DNA of 64,000 bases from an uncultured delta proteobacterium (GTDB taxonomy: Bacteria; Desulfobacterota; Binatia; UBA9968), in NCBI GenBank assembly GCA_963771465.1, contig CAVYTU010000015.1:960001-1024000 (forward strand), written 5' to 3'. Within the stretch, counting starts at the first letter, position 1. Every line of letters begins with the position of its first letter. Of this stretch, positions 10,229 through 20,624 are shown in pieces. The notes below the pieces were generated by a model. It saw nothing but the letters and a program-made list of their open reading frames with translations. It was not told where the DNA came from and searched no databases. Both the position numbers and the translations under genes were made by a program.

Positions 10229-11473
10229 TTACTTCAATCCCATACAGTTGGCGTAATAAGTCACCGTGCCCGGCCAATCGGAAAAGATACCGAGAATCCC
10301 GACGTCTCGAGCTAGGACGTCGAGCAGTTCGTAGGTGTCGCCGGATTTATTGATGACGGGAGTTATCGTCTGGTAGTAAGAGCCGCCGCCGTCAGTCAGC
10401 GTTCCCGAGCGCTCCAGCGTCCACGTAATGATATCCAGTCCGGCGGCTTTGGCATTGATGGTATATTGGGAAGGCACGATTTTGTTTCCCTGCAATCCCA
10501 CCAGCACCCACGTCGGCGGCGCGACGATTTTTATGCCCTGCTGGGCGTAGGATTTCAGATCGGCCGCCGAAGGCACATGGCTCCGCACGTTAGCGTCGTC
10601 CAGGTAAACCGCCTGCTTGCCGAATGCCGGTTCACTTTTGATCCAGTAGAGGACATCGGGCTGATTGAACGACTGCGGCCACACATCGCTCGGTGACACG
10701 CCGGCGGCTTTATACTCATCGATCATCTTTTGCGCATATTGCTCCTGGGTGAAGCCGTTGAATGGCATCTGCACGGTGGGAAACTTGAGTTCCGGTGTCA
10801 TCCTCACACCGAGTTTTTTGAATAGTTCGATGCTTTCGGCATGGGTCATCAACGTGCCCCGGGAGGCGTACAAGTCCGTGCGAAAGTTTGGCGTGCCGTC
10901 CAAGAACTCGGCGACATTGGTCGCACTCGGATTGAAGGCATCCATCTTGCCCTTCAGCGTCTTGAACTCGGCGAGCGTAATGTCACTGGTGCGGCACTCG
11001 GCCGACGCCGGCTTATCCAGCGAGCCGTCGGCTTTTAAGGTCGCCGATGTAAATTGCTTGAAGCATGTCTTTGCCAGCGGCGTATCCAGGATATTAGTAG
11101 TGGTATGAAGATCGTTCTGTGCATGGCGACAGACGAGTTGCTTGTCCTTGGTAAATGTTACATCGCACTCGACGATCCCCGCGCCCATGCGCGCCGCCGC
11201 TTCGTAGGACTCCTTGGTATGCTCTGGAAATTGCAAGGCCGCGCCGCGGTGGCCGATCGAGAAATCGGTTTTTTTAAGCGGCTTCTCGCTGCACTGCTGC
11301 AGAGCCGTCTTGAGCGGCCCCGGATCCATATCGTCAACAAGAAAATATGGCCGAGGTCCCACCTGGATGTTGCGAATGTCCTCTTTTTTGCTATCTGCCG
11401 ATGAGACGATCGAATAACCGGGAAGCGCCGCAAGGGCGGCCGCGATTCCAACCATTGCCAATTTACTACCCAT
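10229..11473 (-). CDS. glycerophosphodiester phosphodiesterase (secreted)
   Basis: Signal peptide; IGHRGA, PEHT, VECD, CRH GDPD motifs. Confidence 0.93.
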   Translation of the reverse strand: MGSKLAMVGIAAALAALPGYSIVSSADSKKEDIRNIQVGPRPYFLVDDMDPGPLKTALQQCSEKPLKKTDFSIGHRGAALQFPEHTKESYEAAARMGAGIVECDVTFTKDKQLVCRHAQNDLHTTTNILDTPLAKTCFKQFTSATLKADGSLDKPASAECRTSDITLAEFKTLKGKMDAFNPSATNVAEFLDGTPNFRTDLYASRGTLMTHAESIELFKKLGVRMTPELKFPTVQMPFNGFTQEQYAQKMIDEYKAAGVSPSDVWPQSFNQPDVLYWIKSEPAFGKQAVYLDDANVRSHVPSAADLKSYAQQGIKIVAPPTWVLVGLQGNKIVPSQYTINAKAAGLDIITWTLERSGTLTDGGGSYYQTITPVINKSGDTYELLDVLARDVGILGIFSDWPGTVTYYANCMGLK

Positions 11474-11921
11474 AGAAATTCTCCTTCCAAATTTTGCTCA
11501 CGCCGTCTGTATACGGTTGGTCTGTTTCGATCCGTTGGCGAGTCGATTAAGTATCGATGACGTAAGAAGGAAATTGATGGGGACCGCGTCGCCTCGAGTG
11601 GAACGAGAATTATCAGAATTTAAAGGAGGAGAGATAAGCTCAAGGAGCGGATGCCGACGAATACGATCGCGCTGGCTCAAGACGGCGACGAGTAATAGCC
11701 GCGAGCTGTTACTATTAGAAATCGGACAGCGCGAAGATTGCAGTGATTGTTACATCGGACCTGGTGCTCTTCCCCACATCACCGTTAGGCATCGCCAAAG
11801 AGTCGGAGCGCTTGGTTAACTCTACGTGACCTGAAAGTCTGTCTATTGCGTTTTTATGCTCGTTTGTGGCTCATAATATGAATGAGAGAATGCCAGTCAG
11901 CGGCGCGACGGAGGGCGTAAA

Positions 11922-14072
11922 ATGGCCTACGAGCTCAAACATCGCACAATGAAGACCGTCGAGCGGGGCAAAAGCTTTCCGCTCGGCGCCACGCTGGCGG
12001 CCGATGGAGTGAATTTCGCCGTCTACTCGAAGCACGCGAAGGAAGTTTTTCTCCTGCTCTTCGACACGCCTGATAGCGAGCCCAGCGATATCATCCAACT
12101 GAACAACCGCGATAAATTCATTTGGCATGCGCGAGTAAACGGCGTGCGTGCCGGCCAGCTCTATGGCTATAAAGTGCGCGGCGAGCACCTGCCGGAGTCG
12201 GGCCTGCGCTTCAATGATGCCAAGCTGCTGCTCGACCCCTATGCCAAGGCCGTCAGCGGGAAAGTGCGCAACGTCGACAATCTTTTGCTGCCCTACGATC
12301 CTCGGCATGAAGCGCGAGATCTTTCCTTAGACGCGCGCGACAACACGAACATCGTGCCGAAGGCGATCGTCGTTGACGACGCGTTCGATTGGGAAGACGA
12401 CATCTCTCCCGATCTTTTGCTGGAACAGTTGATTATCTATGAGGTGCACGCCAAGGGATTTACCGCGCACCCGTCCTCTGGCGTCGAGCTTCCCGGCACC
12501 TATCTCGGTTTCATTGAAAAGATCCCGCATCTCAAGCGGCTCGGTGTTAACGCCGTGGAGCTCTTGCCCGTCCACGAATACGTCGTCGACGACTTCCTCG
12601 TCGAGCGCGGCCTGACGAATTACTGGGGTTACAACTCCATCGGATTTTTCGCGCCGGAATCGTCTTATTCCACACAGCGAACGCAGGGCTGCCAGGTCGC
12701 CGAGTTCAAAACCTTGGTGCGGGCGCTGCACAAGGCCGGGATCAAAGTCATCCTCGACGTCGTCTATAACCACACCGCCGAGGGCAATGAGTTCGGTCCG
12801 AGCATCTGCTTTCGCGGTCTCGACAATCTCTCCTACTACAGCCTGACCGGGCCGGCTAACACGCCGCGCCGCTACTACATGAACCACACCGGCTGCGGCA
12901 ATAGCCTCAACTTCGACAGTCCAGCGGTGATCCGGCTGGTCATGGACTCGCTGCGCTACTGGGTCGAGATCATGCATGTAGACGGATTTCGCTTCGACTT
13001 GGCGTCGGTGCTCGGGCGTGGCGAACAGGACGGACATTTCCAATCATCGGCGTCGTTCTTCGACGCCGTCGCACAGGATCCCGTGCTGACCCAGGTGATC
13101 ATGGTGGCGGAGCCTTGGGATCTCGGCACGTATCAGGTCGGCAATTTTCCCGTCGATTGGTCGGAATGGAATGGCAAATTCCGCGACACCCTGCGGCGCT
13201 TCGGCAAGGGCGATAGCGGCCAGCTATCCGACGTCGGCTGGCGGCTTACAGGGTCAGCCGATCTTTACGGCGAGGACGGACGCTCGGCGTACAACAGCAT
13301 TAATTTCATCACGTGCCATGACGGTTTCACGCTGCACGATCTGGTCGCGTACAACGACAAGCACAATGAGCCCAACGGCGAGAATAATCGTGACGGCTCC
13401 AACGACAATCATTCGTGGAATTGCGGCGTGGAAGGCGACACCGAAGATGCCGCCGTTTTGGCGTTGCGTAAGCAGCTGATCAAAAGCAACGCGTGTTATC
13501 TCCTTTTTTCATCGGGAACGCCGATGATTCTCGGCGGTGATGAGTTCGGTCGCTCGCAGCGCGGCAATAACAACGCTTACTGCCAGGACAACCCGATCAA
13601 CTGGTTCGATTGGACGCTCATGGAGCGCAACGCGGAGATTTTCGATTTCTTTCAAAAGGCGATCGCCTTTACGCGGCGCTTTCCGGTGCTGCAGCATCGC
13701 AAGTTTTTGCTCGGCAAGGACCTTGACGACGACAACGTGGCTGACCTCACTTGGTTTGCGCCGGACTTGGGCGAACCCCAATGGCGGGATGTCAACACGC
13801 GCACGCTTTGCTTCCAACTCGACGCCAGCGAGGACGGATCTCATCTCGGCGTCGATCGTCTGTTCTTTATTCTCAACGCCCATCACGAGTCGCAATGGAT
13901 TAAGCTGCCGCTGCTGGATGCCGGGCGCGCTTGGCACCGAGCGATTGATACGAGCATACGCGGCAAAGAGAGCTTCACCGACGCCGGCTGGGAAATCCTC
14001 GTCGATCCGCCGGATCACTACATTGCCAATGCGCGCAGCACCGTAGTGCTGCTCGCGCGCGCGCCGGTGTGA
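11922..14072 (+). CDS. glgX: glycogen debranching enzyme (isoamylase, GH13)
   Basis: FPLGAT N-terminus, NYWGYN, DVVYNHTAEG, DGFRFDLA, AEPWD, CHDGFTL, GNNNAYCQDN. Confidence 0.96.
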   Translation: MAYELKHRTMKTVERGKSFPLGATLAADGVNFAVYSKHAKEVFLLLFDTPDSEPSDIIQLNNRDKFIWHARVNGVRAGQLYGYKVRGEHLPESGLRFNDAKLLLDPYAKAVSGKVRNVDNLLLPYDPRHEARDLSLDARDNTNIVPKAIVVDDAFDWEDDISPDLLLEQLIIYEVHAKGFTAHPSSGVELPGTYLGFIEKIPHLKRLGVNAVELLPVHEYVVDDFLVERGLTNYWGYNSIGFFAPESSYSTQRTQGCQVAEFKTLVRALHKAGIKVILDVVYNHTAEGNEFGPSICFRGLDNLSYYSLTGPANTPRRYYMNHTGCGNSLNFDSPAVIRLVMDSLRYWVEIMHVDGFRFDLASVLGRGEQDGHFQSSASFFDAVAQDPVLTQVIMVAEPWDLGTYQVGNFPVDWSEWNGKFRDTLRRFGKGDSGQLSDVGWRLTGSADLYGEDGRSAYNSINFITCHDGFTLHDLVAYNDKHNEPNGENNRDGSNDNHSWNCGVEGDTEDAAVLALRKQLIKSNACYLLFSSGTPMILGGDEFGRSQRGNNNAYCQDNPINWFDWTLMERNAEIFDFFQKAIAFTRRFPVLQHRKFLLGKDLDDDNVADLTWFAPDLGEPQWRDVNTRTLCFQLDASEDGSHLGVDRLFFILNAHHESQWIKLPLLDAGRAWHRAIDTSIRGKESFTDAGWEILVDPPDHYIANARSTVVLLARAPV

Positions 14073-14315
14073 CGACACTTTCGGATTTTGTCAGCGGAAA
14101 TCGAGGCACCCGGAAAGTGAGAACCAAGGAATTCGCTACGCTAGCCGCTGACGCAGAACAAGAAAAAATAAAGAACATAGGCCAACGCAACAGTGTGTCG
14201 CGACCTTCTCGTTGAAGCTCTGGCACTGTGAGATAAAATTTGTTATCTCCTGCGCGACGCTCACGGTAACAACGACCCAATCGCCGACGCGACGCGGCGT
14301 GAAAGGATAACCCAA

Positions 14316-15026
14316 ATGATCGACGAAACTTACCAGGCGGTCAAAAGCGATTTCATCATGGCGCTGCGAATTATCTATCGCGAGGGATTGAGCGATGCCT
14401 TCGCTCATTTGAGCGCGCGCAGCACAGACGGCAATGAGATGATGTTTATGCCGCGCAAGAGCCCGGCGCTGGTGCAGAGCGACGAATTGTTTTTTGTCGA
14501 CTTCGAAAAACCGGTGCCGCAATCTTCCTTGCACCAGGCGATTTATAAAGCCCGTGCCGATGTCAAAGCGGTTTTTCACTTTCATTCTCCTGCCGTGGTG
14601 CTGTTGAGCGTCGTCGGTCAAAGCATTCGCCCCATGCACAACTACAGCGCGATTTTCTACCAAGGCGTGCCGCTCTACACCGGCACGGGGCAGGTCGAAT
14701 CGCCGGCACGGGCCGGGGAAATGGCCAAGTTGCTGGGCGATGCTAAGGCGTTGATGCTGCGCGGCCATGGCGCCGTCGTCGTCGGCCAGTCCATTCGCGA
14801 GGTTTGTATGCTAGGGCTTTTCTTAGAGGAGTCGGCGCGGCTGCAAACCGAAGCGATGCGGCTCGGCACGCCCATGTTCATGGAGCGTGACGAGGCCGAG
14901 AAAATCGCCAAACGAACCTTCAAGCCGGCGTCCGTGGAGCGCGCGTGGGATCATTTTGCCGCGAAATGCGCCGAGTTATTGATGCACCCGACAAAGAGAC
15001 GTCCCATTCCCGATGACAGGCAGTAA
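14316..15026 (+). CDS. class II aldolase/adducin family protein
   Basis: HLSAR, LHQAIYKARADVKAVFHFHSP, LRGHG. Confidence 0.9.
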   Translation: MIDETYQAVKSDFIMALRIIYREGLSDAFAHLSARSTDGNEMMFMPRKSPALVQSDELFFVDFEKPVPQSSLHQAIYKARADVKAVFHFHSPAVVLLSVVGQSIRPMHNYSAIFYQGVPLYTGTGQVESPARAGEMAKLLGDAKALMLRGHGAVVVGQSIREVCMLGLFLEESARLQTEAMRLGTPMFMERDEAEKIAKRTFKPASVERAWDHFAAKCAELLMHPTKRRPIPDDRQ

Positions 15027-15134
15027 TTATCGGTCCGATCACGGATACGAAAGATAAATTTCACGAGAGCGGCGCAAATAAACCTTTGCATCCGTCAAGC
15101 AATATTTTCACCGCCGCTTAGCTGAGGAGAGGTC

Positions 15135-16172
15135 ATGAGCGAAAAAGATGTCGAGATCGTTTTTGTCGGCGACGCCTACGTACAACGGCCCGATCCGGAC
15201 TCGGCTTTTGAACATGTCGGCCCCTACCTGCGCGCGGCCGACATCGCGTTCTGCAACCTAGAAACCGTGGTTGCCGATCCCCAATACCTCGTTCCGGAAC
15301 ATCGCCGTAAGGGCCCGCGCACGGATGAGTGGATGCTGCCGGCTTATGTGCGGGCCGGCTTCAAGATCGTCAACCTGGCCAACAATCCGAGCATGTACCA
15401 GGGGGTGGAAGGGTTGCTGCGTACCATCGAGTTGCTCGATAAAGCGGGAATTCCGCACGGTGGCGGCGGACGAAATCTCGCCGAAGCACGCCGGCCGGCG
15501 ATCGTCGAAAGCAAGGGCATCCGCGTGGCATTTGTTTGCCGCACCTCGGTTTATGCGCTCACCGCGCCGGCGACGGCTGATCGCGGCGGCGTTGCGGTGG
15601 TGCGCGTGAGCACGGCGTACGAGCCACCGCCGCGCTTCTTCGAGATGCCGGGAGCGCCGCCGATCATTCATACCGTCGCCAACCCGGAAGATGTGGCGGC
15701 CATGCAGGAGGATGTGCGCGCCGCCAAGAGTCAGGCGGACGTTGTCATAGTGTCGTGGCACTGGGGCGTTTCCCCAACCGGCGGCGGTACCGGCGAACTC
15801 GTAGGATACCAAGTGGAAATGGGCCACGCGGCAATCGATGCGGGAGCGGACCTGGTCGTGGGACATCATCCACACCTAGTTCAACCCATTGAGGCCTACA
15901 AAGGAAAAATCATTTTTTATTCCATCGCCAACCTTGTGCACGACCTATCCGATCAGCATAAAAACCGGCCGACGATCCTTGCACGTTGCCGGATTCGCGA
16001 TGGTCAAATCCGCGAAGTCGCGTTCATGCCGGGTTGGATTAGCGCGGAACACCAGCCCAAGTACATGAAGCCGGCCGAGCTCCCCGACGTCGTCAAGCAC
16101 GTCGAGCAAGTGTCGAGCCGCTTTGGATCTCAATTCGAGGTGAGAGACGAAGATGTGGTCGTGCGAATGTAA
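15135..16172 (+). CDS. CapA/PgsA-like metallophosphoesterase
   Basis: VGD, CNLE, LANN, HWG, GHHPH, YSIAN motifs; no signal peptide. Confidence 0.9.
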   Translation: MSEKDVEIVFVGDAYVQRPDPDSAFEHVGPYLRAADIAFCNLETVVADPQYLVPEHRRKGPRTDEWMLPAYVRAGFKIVNLANNPSMYQGVEGLLRTIELLDKAGIPHGGGGRNLAEARRPAIVESKGIRVAFVCRTSVYALTAPATADRGGVAVVRVSTAYEPPPRFFEMPGAPPIIHTVANPEDVAAMQEDVRAAKSQADVVIVSWHWGVSPTGGGTGELVGYQVEMGHAAIDAGADLVVGHHPHLVQPIEAYKGKIIFYSIANLVHDLSDQHKNRPTILARCRIRDGQIREVAFMPGWISAEHQPKYMKPAELPDVVKHVEQVSSRFGSQFEVRDEDVVVRM

Positions 16173-16230
16173 CCGTGGTACTGCTTGGGTGTCTGGTTTT
16201 GAAACTCACCTGTGTGAGCGGCGATATCCA

Positions 16231-17499
16231 TCACAGCTGTTCCTTTATCGGGAAGGTAAAAAATTCAACGAGTCGTTCGACGATACCTCGTGACCGCCAC
16301 TGTTCGTAACTTATTTGCTGGGAATACTTCAAATCTTCTTTAAAGATTTCTTCGAGCCGATGAGCCATCCCGCTATCATAGACCGCGAGATTGAGTTCCT
16401 GGTTCAAGGCGAAAGATCGATTATCGAAGTTGCAGCTGCCGATCGTTGACCAGACGCCGTCGATCACTATGGTCTTGGCGTGCATGAGGGAAGCTTTGTA
16501 CTCAAAAATCTGAACGCCGCCGAGGAGAAGTGGGCCATAATGGCTGCGGCTTGCCGTGTAAGTGAGATGACTGTCGATCTCGCCCGGCAGTAATACGATG
16601 ACCTGAACGCCTCGAGCGGCCGCTTTCACCAGAGCTTCAGTCATGACGCCGTCGGGGATGAAGTACGGGTTGGTAATGAGGATTGATTTCTTAGCCGAGT
16701 TGATTGAGAGCAGAAAGAGCATGTAATTTTGAAAGCTGCCGCCGGTGGGCGAACTCTTGACGATTTGTGCCGGCAGATTTCCCCGTGGCTCAAGCCGGGG
16801 AAAGTAGCCATCGCCACCAATGGCGATGCCGGTGGTTTCGAGCCAGCTTTCGGCGAAGGCCGCCTGCATGAATCTCACTACTGGACCCTCGATTCGAACG
16901 TTGGTGTCGCGCCAATGTTCCGCGGTGCGACCATCGCCCGTCCAAGCTTCACTTATTCCATACCCCCCGGTAAACCCAATTCGACCATCAACCACCAAAA
17001 TCCGGCGGTGGCTTCGATAGTTGTAGCGTAAAAATTTCCACGGAAAAATAACTCCAGCCGCATCAACTCGGCGGAAGTATTCCACATGACAGCCAGCGTC
17101 CTTCATAGTCGCAATGATATCGGCAGGCGCCTTACCTGATCCGTGGCTATCCAGAAGAATATCTGCCTTGATACCAGCTCGGCAGCGTTCGGCAAAAGCC
17201 TGGGCCAGATCGCGAGCTATAGAACCGTCTTCGTAGAGGTACTGCGCAAATGTAATCGTGGACTTCGCGCTGCGTATATCTTGTAGCATCCTGGGAAATG
17301 TTTCATTGCCGTTGAGTAAGATTTCGACCCGATTGCCGCTGATGATGGGTGCGTCAGTATGAGCTTCGATCGTCGGAAAAAAGGTTGCTTCGCCGAGGGT
17401 GATCTCGGGAATTTGCTTTACGGCTAAAACAGACGAGCAACTCCACAACACGAGGACGGCAAACAGCCAATATAGTCGTTTCATTAAAAGTCGTTTCAT
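16231..17499 (-). CDS. cardiolipin synthase-like phospholipase D (ClsB-like)
   Basis: LLNGNETFP, HRRILVVDG (variant HKD), WRDT, HAKTIVIDG..GSCNFDNRSF. Confidence 0.92.
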   Translation of the reverse strand: MKRLLMKRLYWLFAVLVLWSCSSVLAVKQIPEITLGEATFFPTIEAHTDAPIISGNRVEILLNGNETFPRMLQDIRSAKSTITFAQYLYEDGSIARDLAQAFAERCRAGIKADILLDSHGSGKAPADIIATMKDAGCHVEYFRRVDAAGVIFPWKFLRYNYRSHRRILVVDGRIGFTGGYGISEAWTGDGRTAEHWRDTNVRIEGPVVRFMQAAFAESWLETTGIAIGGDGYFPRLEPRGNLPAQIVKSSPTGGSFQNYMLFLLSINSAKKSILITNPYFIPDGVMTEALVKAAARGVQVIVLLPGEIDSHLTYTASRSHYGPLLLGGVQIFEYKASLMHAKTIVIDGVWSTIGSCNFDNRSFALNQELNLAVYDSGMAHRLEEIFKEDLKYSQQISYEQWRSRGIVERLVEFFTFPIKEQL

Positions 17500-17640
17500 T
17501 GTTTTGAAGTTTGTTCCAGCGATCGAGATTTCGCGAGCACGGCGTTTATTGTGATGGCGCAGATATGGGCCGGAACGGGAACTTAATCAAGATGTAGTTA
17601 TCAAGTGCGGTTGGTTGCCCGCCCCGGCAACAGCGACATG

Positions 17641-17657
17641 AGCAAGAGACGTACCCT
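17641..17657 (-). promoter_or_regulatory. candidate sigma54 promoter for the cls-like gene
   Basis: Minus strand GG-TACGTCTCTT-GC (GG-N10-GC with TTGC). Confidence 0.5.
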
Positions 17658-17991
17658 GATCTTCGACGGACGGTTTTGTAATTATCACGGAATCAGATCC
17701 CCCTAGGGGAATTTGATGCTCTTCCGCTAAATGGCAACCTCGCCTGGCAAAGGGCAGCGCGAAGGGAATCGGGTTAGAATGTCGACTTTTCTTTGCTAAA
17801 ACAGAACAGCGGGTGCTTCGAACGTTAGTGCTGCGGGGCGGGATTTCTGAAGCGCAAAACGACGTAACGCATGGCCTTGGCTTTGAACAGTTAAAACAGC
17901 AATCAGAACATTTCCGACGGAGAGTTGACAGGAAAGCGCGTTAGCGCATACGCTGTGCTCAAAACAATTCGACAAGGGAGGAATCGTTTTT

Positions 17992-18621
17992 ATGATGACG
18001 CTTTATTTCAGTCCTGGCGCATGTTCTTTGGCCTCTCATATCGGTCTCGAAGAAACCGGCGCGGCTTATGAGGCAAAGCCGATCCTGCTCGCCAAGGGGC
18101 AGCAGAGGACCGCGGACTATCAGAAGATCAACCCGCGCGGCAAAGTACCGGCGCTCAGTGTCGATGGCAAAATCCTCGTCGAGAACACGGCGATACTCAC
18201 GTACCTTGCGCGGCGGTTTCCGGAAAAAAAACTGATGCCGAGCGATCCGGTCGAAGAGGCGCGCGGCATCGCGACAATGTGCTGGTTCTCCAGTATCGTG
18301 CATCCCTCGTACCAGCGCGTGAACCGGCCCGAGCGTTTTGCCGAAGGCGAAGCGGCGCACCCAGGGGTAAAAGAAAACGGACGGAAATCGTTCTGGGCCA
18401 ATTGCCAGGAAATCGACTCGATGATCCAAGGTAACGAATGGATTATGGGCCGAGATTTCACGGTCGTCGATGGCTACGCGCTGGTTTTCTACGGCTGGGG
18501 CATGCGCGGCGAATTTCCCATGAAAGAGCTCAGCGCTTACACGGCATGGCAGGAACGCATGATGAAGCGGCCGACGGTGAAGAAAACTGTCGACGCCGAG
18601 CAGAACGTTTCGACGTCGTAG
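17992..18621 (+). CDS. glutathione S-transferase (beta class-like)
   Basis: YFSPGACSLASHI, INPRGKVPAL, ENTAILTYL. Confidence 0.93.
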   Translation: MMTLYFSPGACSLASHIGLEETGAAYEAKPILLAKGQQRTADYQKINPRGKVPALSVDGKILVENTAILTYLARRFPEKKLMPSDPVEEARGIATMCWFSSIVHPSYQRVNRPERFAEGEAAHPGVKENGRKSFWANCQEIDSMIQGNEWIMGRDFTVVDGYALVFYGWGMRGEFPMKELSAYTAWQERMMKRPTVKKTVDAEQNVSTS

Positions 18622-18723
18622 TTTCACTCAGATGAGACTCTTCATCGTAAACGGTGCGCGCGCGCCAATGTTCAACTGGATTTGGCTATCGCGAGCATGA
18701 TCGAGTCGAACACAATAGCGAAT

Positions 18724-18757
18724 AAAAAGAGGAGCCCTTTACGGGCTCCTCTTTTTT
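18724..18757. terminator. bidirectional intrinsic terminator
   Basis: AAAAAGAGGAGCCC-TTTAC-GGGCTCCTCTTTTTT between convergent genes. Confidence 0.85.
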
Positions 18758-18883
18758 AATGCGCTGAGCAGGGCTGCGGTCGAGATATGAGCGAACAAAG
18801 GTCTTGAATCATTGTTATACCGCGGGCCGACGCGCGAGCAGGACGCGAGATGACGCCAATTAATTAATCCGCTAGATACCCCA

Positions 18884-19132
18884 CTACTTTTGATTTCTCG
18901 ACTCGGTCGCTTTCCGTGACGCGACCTCCGCCTGCTCTCGCTTGGAATACCAATCTTCTGTCCAGTTTTTTAGTTCCTCTTGTTTATCGCCATACCTTTT
19001 TTGAATAACCCCTAAGAATTTGTCGTAGTCGCCCTCGGCTTCTAAAAGATCGTCGTCCGTCAATTGCCCCCATTTACTTTTTAGCTCGCCTTTGAACTGC
19101 TTCCATTGGCCCTTAAATTGATCGTTATTCAT
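18884..19132 (-). CDS. CsbD family stress protein
   Basis: MNNDQFKGQWKQFKGELKSKWGQLTDDDL...GVIQKRYG; GGAAGGAGG RBS. Confidence 0.93.
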   Translation of the reverse strand: MNNDQFKGQWKQFKGELKSKWGQLTDDDLLEAEGDYDKFLGVIQKRYGDKQEELKNWTEDWYSKREQAEVASRKATESRNQK

Positions 19133-19160
19133 AAGTGCCTCCTTCCATGATCGATGTAGA

Positions 19161-19177
19161 AGCACATACGGTACCAA
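19161..19177 (-). promoter_or_regulatory. candidate sigma54 promoter for the csbD-like gene
   Basis: Minus strand TTGG-TACCGTATGT-GCT, about 30 nt before the ATG. Confidence 0.6.
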
Positions 19178-19245
19178 CTAAAATCATTCGCTCCACAAGC
19201 TAAACTATCTATAGGACGCTATTTGTGGGACAGCGCGGATGAAGA

Positions 19246-19263
19246 TGTCTCATCCGTGAGACA
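19246..19263. promoter_or_regulatory. palindromic candidate enhancer (bEBP binding site)
   Basis: TGTCTCA-TCCG-TGAGACA perfect inverted repeat between two divergent GG-N10-GC promoters; TGGGACA half-sites near 19226 and 19352. Confidence 0.55.
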
Positions 19264-19429
19264 GTCCTCGAAATTGGATTGCGGGATAAATAGCGCTCAA
19301 ATGCGCTGCAAAGCTCTGTGACGAATTTTTGTAGAGTCGCGCAGGATTAATTGGGACATTTGTCTGAGATTTCTCCTACGGCTTGTACTCGCCGTATCAA
19401 TAATTCTTTAAAAATAAAGCTTCAGCGCG

Positions 19430-19446
19430 CCGGTATCATTCTTGCG
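19430..19446 (+). promoter_or_regulatory. candidate sigma54 promoter for the ferritin-like gene
   Basis: CGG-TATCATTCTT-GC with an AT-rich tract just upstream. Confidence 0.55.
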
Positions 19447-19538
19447 AAACATTAATTCATTGCCTCCTAGGTGTTCGCAGTACAATTATTTTTGACCGAA
19501 ACGCGCAGTCTCGCCGAAATAAATGAAAGGAGAGAATC

Positions 19539-20072
19539 ATGTCCATTCAAACAAACAGCGCTGGTAAAGTTCAGGAAGCCATCAAGCAAGGTGCGATAAC
19601 TCGCGAGTACAAAGCAGACATGGAGCATGTAGTCCAAGCACTGAACAGTTTACGTTCCACCGAAATTATGAGCTACCTGCAATATATGCAGCACCAATAC
19701 ATGGCGGTGTCTCTGCTGTCGCCGGGCATGAAAACCGAGTTCGGCGCCCATGCGACTCAAGAACTCGACCATGCCGATCGCCTCGCGGCTCGAGTGCAGC
19801 AATTGGGCGGAGTTCCTATCTACGATCCGAAAGAAATTTCTTCCAAGGCTGCCAATGTCGGTGTCGCTCCAGAGCAAGGCACTTCTTTGGCAGAAATGGT
19901 TACGGAAGATTTGATACTGGAAAGGCAGCAAATCGAAGCTTACACCGCTCTCATTCGCGAGCTCGGTGACCAGGATTTGGTAACGCGGCAAGTGCTATTA
20001 AGCATTCTCGTCGAAACGGAAAAGCACGCCAGCGAATTGGCCGATTATCTCAAAAGATCTCCGAACCAATAA
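19539..20072 (+). CDS. ferritin-like/bacterioferritin-like protein
   Basis: Four-helix pattern TEIMSYLQY, QELDHADRLAARVQQLGG, EDLILE, ETEKHA. Confidence 0.88.
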   Translation: MSIQTNSAGKVQEAIKQGAITREYKADMEHVVQALNSLRSTEIMSYLQYMQHQYMAVSLLSPGMKTEFGAHATQELDHADRLAARVQQLGGVPIYDPKEISSKAANVGVAPEQGTSLAEMVTEDLILERQQIEAYTALIRELGDQDLVTRQVLLSILVETEKHASELADYLKRSPNQ

Positions 20073-20241
20073 GATCGAACAGATGCTCCATCTACTCTAA
20101 TGTGTGGCCGGCGCCCGCGCCACCCGCGCCGGGTAGCAGGACCGGCTGGACAAGAAGGAGCAGCCGGTGCGACTGGAGCAGCTGCTACAGATGGACGAAA
20201 TTCCAGGTAGGGTTTAATTGCCTTATCTGGTTTAGACGACC

Positions 20242-20278
20242 AAAAAAGGGGAAGGGAAAACCACCTTCCCCTTTTTTT
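20242..20278. terminator. intrinsic terminator
   Basis: AAAAAAGGGGAAGG...CCTTCCCCTTTTTTT. Confidence 0.85.
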
Positions 20279-20624
20279 ATTTGTCAGACCGATCCATGAA
20301 TCTCTATTTCTCTAGAAAGCGAAGGTTGGCTCCGTAAATGTAAGTTGATTTCTCCGTGCCGCAGTCCACTCACCCACCTAGCGATTGACGAAAGCCGGGA
20401 ACGCGGATCTATACGTAGACACACAACTTAAGAATCATGAGTCCCAACTTCATAATTTCACCGCAAGGAAAGCGCAGTCAAAAACCCAATAACTGCCGCC
20501 ACCCGCCGCAAAAAAAATTGACACTTCGCCCTCCCAGCGATACAAGAGTCATCTATCTTGTTCATTCTTAGTCCTTTGTTCGTCACTCTCTAGTTTGTTC
20601 GCTAGCGGCCACAGGGAGGTTTCT

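Noticed and set aside
17472-17499. Direct repeat AGTCGTTTCATT at the cls start (MKRLLMKRLY)
   Set aside because: Simple short duplication giving two possible starts; no functional signal
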